Below, piece by piece: positions 59,176 to 64,000 of a DNA stretch of 64,000 bases. The translations under genes were made by a program, and so were the position numbers. The notes beneath the pieces were generated by a model that saw only the letters and a program-made list of their open reading frames with translations, searched no databases and was not told the origin of the DNA. Location: contig JANQJR010000071.1 in the NCBI GenBank assembly GCA_028281525.1, positions 4,692 to 68,691 on the forward strand, read 5' to 3'. The DNA comes from Magnetovibrio sp. (GTDB lineage Bacteria > Pseudomonadota > Alphaproteobacteria > Rhodospirillales > Magnetovibrionaceae). How positions within the stretch are numbered: position 1 is the first letter of the stretch; the number at the start of each line of letters is the position of its first letter.

Positions 59176-61811
59176 GAAGCGAGCGCCGCCTCGATGGCGT
59201 CCAAACCGGCCTGGGCCTTATCCGCGTCGGGGCCGCCGGCTTGCGCCATATCGGGACGTCCGCCGCCGCCCTTGCCGCCCACGGCGGCCGAACCCGCGCG
59301 CACCAGCGCCACCGCGTCGATCTTGTCCGTGAGATCGTCGGTCACGCCGACCACCAGGGACACTTTGCCGTCCGCGACGGAAACCAACGCCACGACGCCG
59401 GATTTGACCTGCGCCTTGATGTCGTCGGCCAGCCCCTTCAGCTCTTTGCCGGGAACGCCGTCCAGAAGCTTCGGCGCGAAGGTTACGCCGTTCACGTCCT
59501 TGGTCTCGGTTCCACCACCACCGCCGCCACCGGATGCAAGTTTCTTGCGCAAGTCGGCGATTTCACGCTCCATCTTCTTGCGCTCATCCAACAGGCTTTG
59601 CACACGTGTGGGCACATCGGACGGCGCCGACTTCAACGCCGCCGCCGCCGAATGCAACGCGGCTTCCTGGGCCTCCAGGTATTTCACGGCCACAGCACCG
59701 GTCAGCGCTTCGATCCGGCGCACACCGGAAGAGACCGCACCTTCGGAAACGATCTTAAGCAGGCCGATATCGCCGGTGCGCGTCACATGGGTGCCGCCGC
59801 AAAGCTCCACGGAGAAATCGCTTTCATCTTCCGTGCCCATCGACACCACGCGTACTTCGTCGCCGTACTTTTCGCCGAACAACGCCATGGCGCCCGCTTC
59901 CACCGCTTCGTCCGGCGCCATCAGACGTGTGGTCACTTCGGTGTTGGCCCGCACTTGGCCGTTGACCATGCTCTCCACGTTGGAGAGCTCGCCTGACTGG
60001 ACCGCCTTGGGATGGCTGATGTCGAAGCGTAACCGCTCGGCGGCCACCATGGAGCCCTTTTGCGTGACATGATCGCCAAGCTCTTTCCTCAGCGCCGCGT
60101 GCAGCAGATGCGTGGCGGAATGGTTGGCCCGCGTCGCCGAACGGTTGGCGTGATCGACGCTGAGCGTGACCTCTTGGCCGACTTTCAACGTGCCGTCCGT
60201 CACCGTGCCCGCATGCACATGCACGTCACCCAGCTTCTTTTGCGTATCGGTGATCTCGATTTGGACACCATCAGCACTGAGCGCGCCGATGTCACCCATC
60301 TGGCCGCCGGACTCGCCATAGAACGGCGTCTGGTTGGCGACGAATAGGATTTCATCACCTGCAGAGGCTTCGTCCACACGCGCACCGTCCTTGACGATGG
60401 CGGTGATCTGGCCTTGGGCTTCTTCGGTCTTATAGCCCAAGAAATCGGTCGCACCGACCTCGTCCTTCACGTCGTACCACAACGCATCCGTCGCCGCTTC
60501 GCCGGAGCCCGCCCAGCTCGCACGCGCGGCGGCCTTCTGCGCCTCCATGGCCGTGTTGAAACCCGCTTCGTCGACACCGATGCCCTTATGCTTCAAGGCG
60601 TCTTGGGTCAGGTCCAACGGGAAACCATAGGTGTCGTAAAGCTTGAAAGCGGTCTCGCCGTCCAACTCCCCACCCTCGGCCATATCGCCGGTCGCTTCGT
60701 CCAACAGCTTGAGACCGCGATCCAGCGTTTTCTTGAAGCGTGTTTCTTCCAGTTTGAGCGTTTCGGTGATCAACGCTTCGGCGCGGTTCAGTTCCGGGAA
60801 GGCCGCGGACATTTTGGCTTGAAGCGCGGGGAACAGCTTGTAGATCACCGGCTCTTCGGCGCCGATCAGGTGCGCATGGCGCATGGCGCGGCGCATAATC
60901 CGGCGCAGCACATAACCGCGCCCTTCGTTGGACGGCAGCACACCATCGGCGATCAAGAATGCCGTCGCGCGCAGATGGTCCGCGATGACGCGGTGCGACA
61001 CGCTATGGTCCCCATCCGGGTCCGAGTTGGTGGCGCCGGCCGACGCTTCGATCAAGGCGCGCATCAGATCGATGTCGTAGTTGTCGTGCACGCCTTGCAT
61101 CACGGCGGCGATGCGCTCCAACCCCATACCGGTGTCGATGGAGGGCTTGGGCAGCTCCACGCGCGTGTCCGCGTCCACCTGCTCGTACTGCATGAACACT
61201 AGATTCCAGATTTCGACGAAGCGGTCGCCGTCTTCGTCGGGGCTGCCGGGAGGCCCACCCGGGATGTGGTCGCCGTGGTCATAGAAGATTTCGGAGCACG
61301 GACCGCACGGGCCGGTGTCGCCCATGGCCCAGAAGTTGTCCGACGTCGGGATACGGATGATTTTTTCATCCGCGAAGCCGGTGACCTTCTTCCAGATGTC
61401 GAAGGCCTGATCGTCGGTGTGATAGACCGTGACCAACAAGCGCTCTGGGTCCAAACCATAATCCTTGGTGATCAGGTTCCACGCCAGTTCGATGGCGTCG
61501 TCCTTGAAATAGTCGCCGAAGGAAAAGTTGCCGAGCATTTCGAAAAACGTGTGGTGGCGCGCGGTGTGGCCGACGTTTTCCAAATCGTTGTGCTTTCCGC
61601 CCGCGCGCACGCATTTCTGCGAAGTTGTGGCGCGCACGTAATCGCGGGTTTCCATGCCGGTGAACACGTTCTTGAACTGCACCATGCCCGCGTTGACGAA
61701 CATCAGCGTCGGGTCGTTGTGCGGCACCAGGGGGCTTGAGTCCACCACTTCGTGGCCGTTTTTGGCGAAGAAGTCGAGGAAGGCCTTGCGGATGTCGTTG
61801 GCGGTTTGCAT
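59172..61811 (-). CDS. alaS: Alanine-tRNA ligase
   Basis: [49 protein letters not shown] and [11 protein letters not shown] motifs. Confidence 0.98.
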   Translation of the reverse strand: MQTANDIRKAFLDFFAKNGHEVVDSSPLVPHNDPTLMFVNAGMVQFKNVFTGMETRDYVRATTSQKCVRAGGKHNDLENVGHTARHHTFFEMLGNFSFGDYFKDDAIELAWNLITKDYGLDPERLLVTVYHTDDQAFDIWKKVTGFADEKIIRIPTSDNFWAMGDTGPCGPCSEIFYDHGDHIPGGPPGSPDEDGDRFVEIWNLVFMQYEQVDADTRVELPKPSIDTGMGLERIAAVMQGVHDNYDIDLMRALIEASAGATNSDPDGDHSVSHRVIADHLRATAFLIADGVLPSNEGRGYVLRRIMRRAMRHAHLIGAEEPVIYKLFPALQAKMSAAFPELNRAEALITETLKLEETRFKKTLDRGLKLLDEATGDMAEGGELDGETAFKLYDTYGFPLDLTQDALKHKGIGVDEAGFNTAMEAQKAAARASWAGSGEAATDALWYDVKDEVGATDFLGYKTEEAQGQITAIVKDGARVDEASAGDEILFVANQTPFYGESGGQMGDIGALSADGVQIEITDTQKKLGDVHVHAGTVTDGTLKVGQEVTLSVDHANRSATRANHSATHLLHAALRKELGDHVTQKGSMVAAERLRFDISHPKAVQSGELSNVESMVNGQVRANTEVTTRLMAPDEAVEAGAMALFGEKYGDEVRVVSMGTEDESDFSVELCGGTHVTRTGDIGLLKIVSEGAVSSGVRRIEALTGAVAVKYLEAQEAALHSAAAALKSAPSDVPTRVQSLLDERKKMEREIADLRKKLASGGGGGGGTETKDVNGVTFAPKLLDGVPGKELKGLADDIKAQVKSGVVALVSVADGKVSLVVGVTDDLTDKIDAVALVRAGSAAVGGKGGGGRPDMAQAGGPDADKAQAGLDAIEAALAS

Positions 61812-62036
61812 GGGGCGCGTGCTCGTGTTTGGGGCGGCTGGTTTTCTCAAATCGATATATGCCCTCATGGGGGGAATTCCCACCCTTTGGGCGAAACCTG
61901 CTTTTACTAGGGATAGGCCTGTCTGTCCACCGCAACGGCGCGGAAATCCGGGCCTCTGCAACGCCTCCCACAACGCAAAGCACGGCCCCCGCTACGATCG
62001 CCGTGACGATCCGGGGGGCCGCGTACGAGAGCCGGA

Positions 62037-62153
62037 TCATTCTCATCAGAACGACATTGCGTAACTCTGATGAGAATGTGAAACCGTCTCTAAAAAATTT
62101 TTGAGGGCGATTCACGACCTATTTCCGGTCACACCGTGACTGGAAATAGGTCG
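62037..62153. repeat. Two long AT-rich hairpins between recA and alaS
   Basis: CATTCTCATCAGA-N15-TCTGATGAGAATG (from about 62037) and CGACCTATTTCCGGTCAC-ACC-GTGACTGGAAATAGGTCG (62115-62153). Confidence 0.75.
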
Positions 62154-62189
62154 ATCGCACTCAGCATGGGGATCATGCGGAGAAAGGGT

Positions 62190-63281
<1,092 letters not shown>

Positions 63282-63335
63282 GATCCCCACTCCAATCTTC
63301 CATAGAGGTTAACTATGTTCAACTGGAGCCAGGAT

Positions 63336-63350
63336 GTACCACTTTTGTTC
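63336..63350 (-). promoter_or_regulatory. Alphaproteobacterial LexA (SOS) box within the recA promoter
   Basis: GAAC-N7-GTAC on the minus strand, lying between -35 TTGACA (63360-63355) and the -10. Confidence 0.85.
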
Positions 63351-63403
63351 TCATTGTCAAAATAATTTTTAATACATTGTTATAGTTAAGTTTTATGGAT
63401 CAT

Positions 63404-63418
63404 GTTCTCACAGTGTTC
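63404..63418. promoter_or_regulatory. Second LexA box
   Basis: GTTC-TCACAGT-GTTC, a perfect consensus. Confidence 0.7.
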
Positions 63419-63445
63419 CGCATAAAGTGGAACGCATATATCCCC

Positions 63446-63474
63446 TTGACGTACGTAGGCGGTTTTGCTACTCT
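63446..63474 (+). promoter_or_regulatory. Sigma70-like promoter of the transposase
   Basis: TTGACG-N17-TACTCT, followed by AAGGAG SD. Confidence 0.65.
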
Positions 63475-63496
63475 TTAAGCATAAGGAGAGCGAATC

Positions 63497-64000
63497 GTGG
63501 CACAGACATTCACCATCACAGACTTCTTTCAGCGCTTCCCTACGGATGATTCTTGCTTAGAGCATCTCATGCACATCCGGTACGGCGAACGCATGGCGTG
63601 CCCGAAATGCGGCAAGGAAAGCAAGTTTGCCCGGATCAAGAAGCTCCCTGCGTACTCATGCCCCCACTGTGGGCACCACATCCACCCAATGGCCGGAACG
63701 CCCTTTGAGCGGTCCCGTACGCCCCTGCAAAAGTGGTTCTACGCCATGTACCTGTTCACCACCACGCGCAACGGCGTGTCGGCCAAGGAATTGCAACGCC
63801 AGTTGGGCGTGACGTACAAGTGCGCATGGCGCATCGGTCATGAAATCCGCAAGTACACGGCGCACGTCGATGGCGATACGCCCCTTGGCGGTGGCCGCGT
63901 TGTCGAAGCCGACGAAGCCTTTGTTGGCGGTCATGTCCCCGGCGGTCGCGGCGGTAAGGGCAAGACGGTTGTGTTCGGCATGGTGGAACGTGAAGGGGAT
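63497..64000 (+). mobile_element. IS1595-family transposase (3'-truncated by window)
   Basis: Open frame from GTG: MAQTFTITDFFQRFPTDDSC..CPKC..CPHC zinc ribbon; GVSAKELQRQLGVTYKCAW HTH; VVEADEAFVGG first catalytic Asp. Missing from the ORF track because it has no stop in the window. Confidence 0.92.

Overview
Chromosomal window from a GC-rich alphaproteobacterium. Gene content (split pntAA/AB/B, alpha-type CheZ, TrcR/DUF1013, DUF465 pair, COQ9-def/rpsU, recA-alaS, GTTC-N7-GTTC LexA boxes) points to Rhodospirillales; type VI SQR, a SoxW-like thioredoxin and a hemerythrin kinase suggest a sulfur-oxidising, microaerophilic lifestyle. It holds about 60 CDS, mostly housekeeping or metabolic, with a few AT-richer orphan genes, two copies of a MITE-like repeat, a ROSE-type RNA thermometer, and an IS1595-family transposase running off the right edge. 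I saw no rRNA, tRNA or CRISPR array. The most striking unexplained structure is at 13.8-14.65 kb. Two short promoter-plus-terminator units on the minus strand flank an orphan lipoprotein gene and share a perfect 17-nt complementary segment, and one unit sits under a perfect CtrA box. This is a candidate cell-cycle sRNA / anti-sRNA (sponge) pair. Other highlights: a binding-protein / PAS-kinase-hemerythrin / Cle-like c-di-GMP receiver locus, a SoxW-TolC-mini-adaptor operon with no inner-membrane pump, and an unannotated 51-aa PRPDD-repeat peptide. All calls come from reading motifs by eye; no database search was run.
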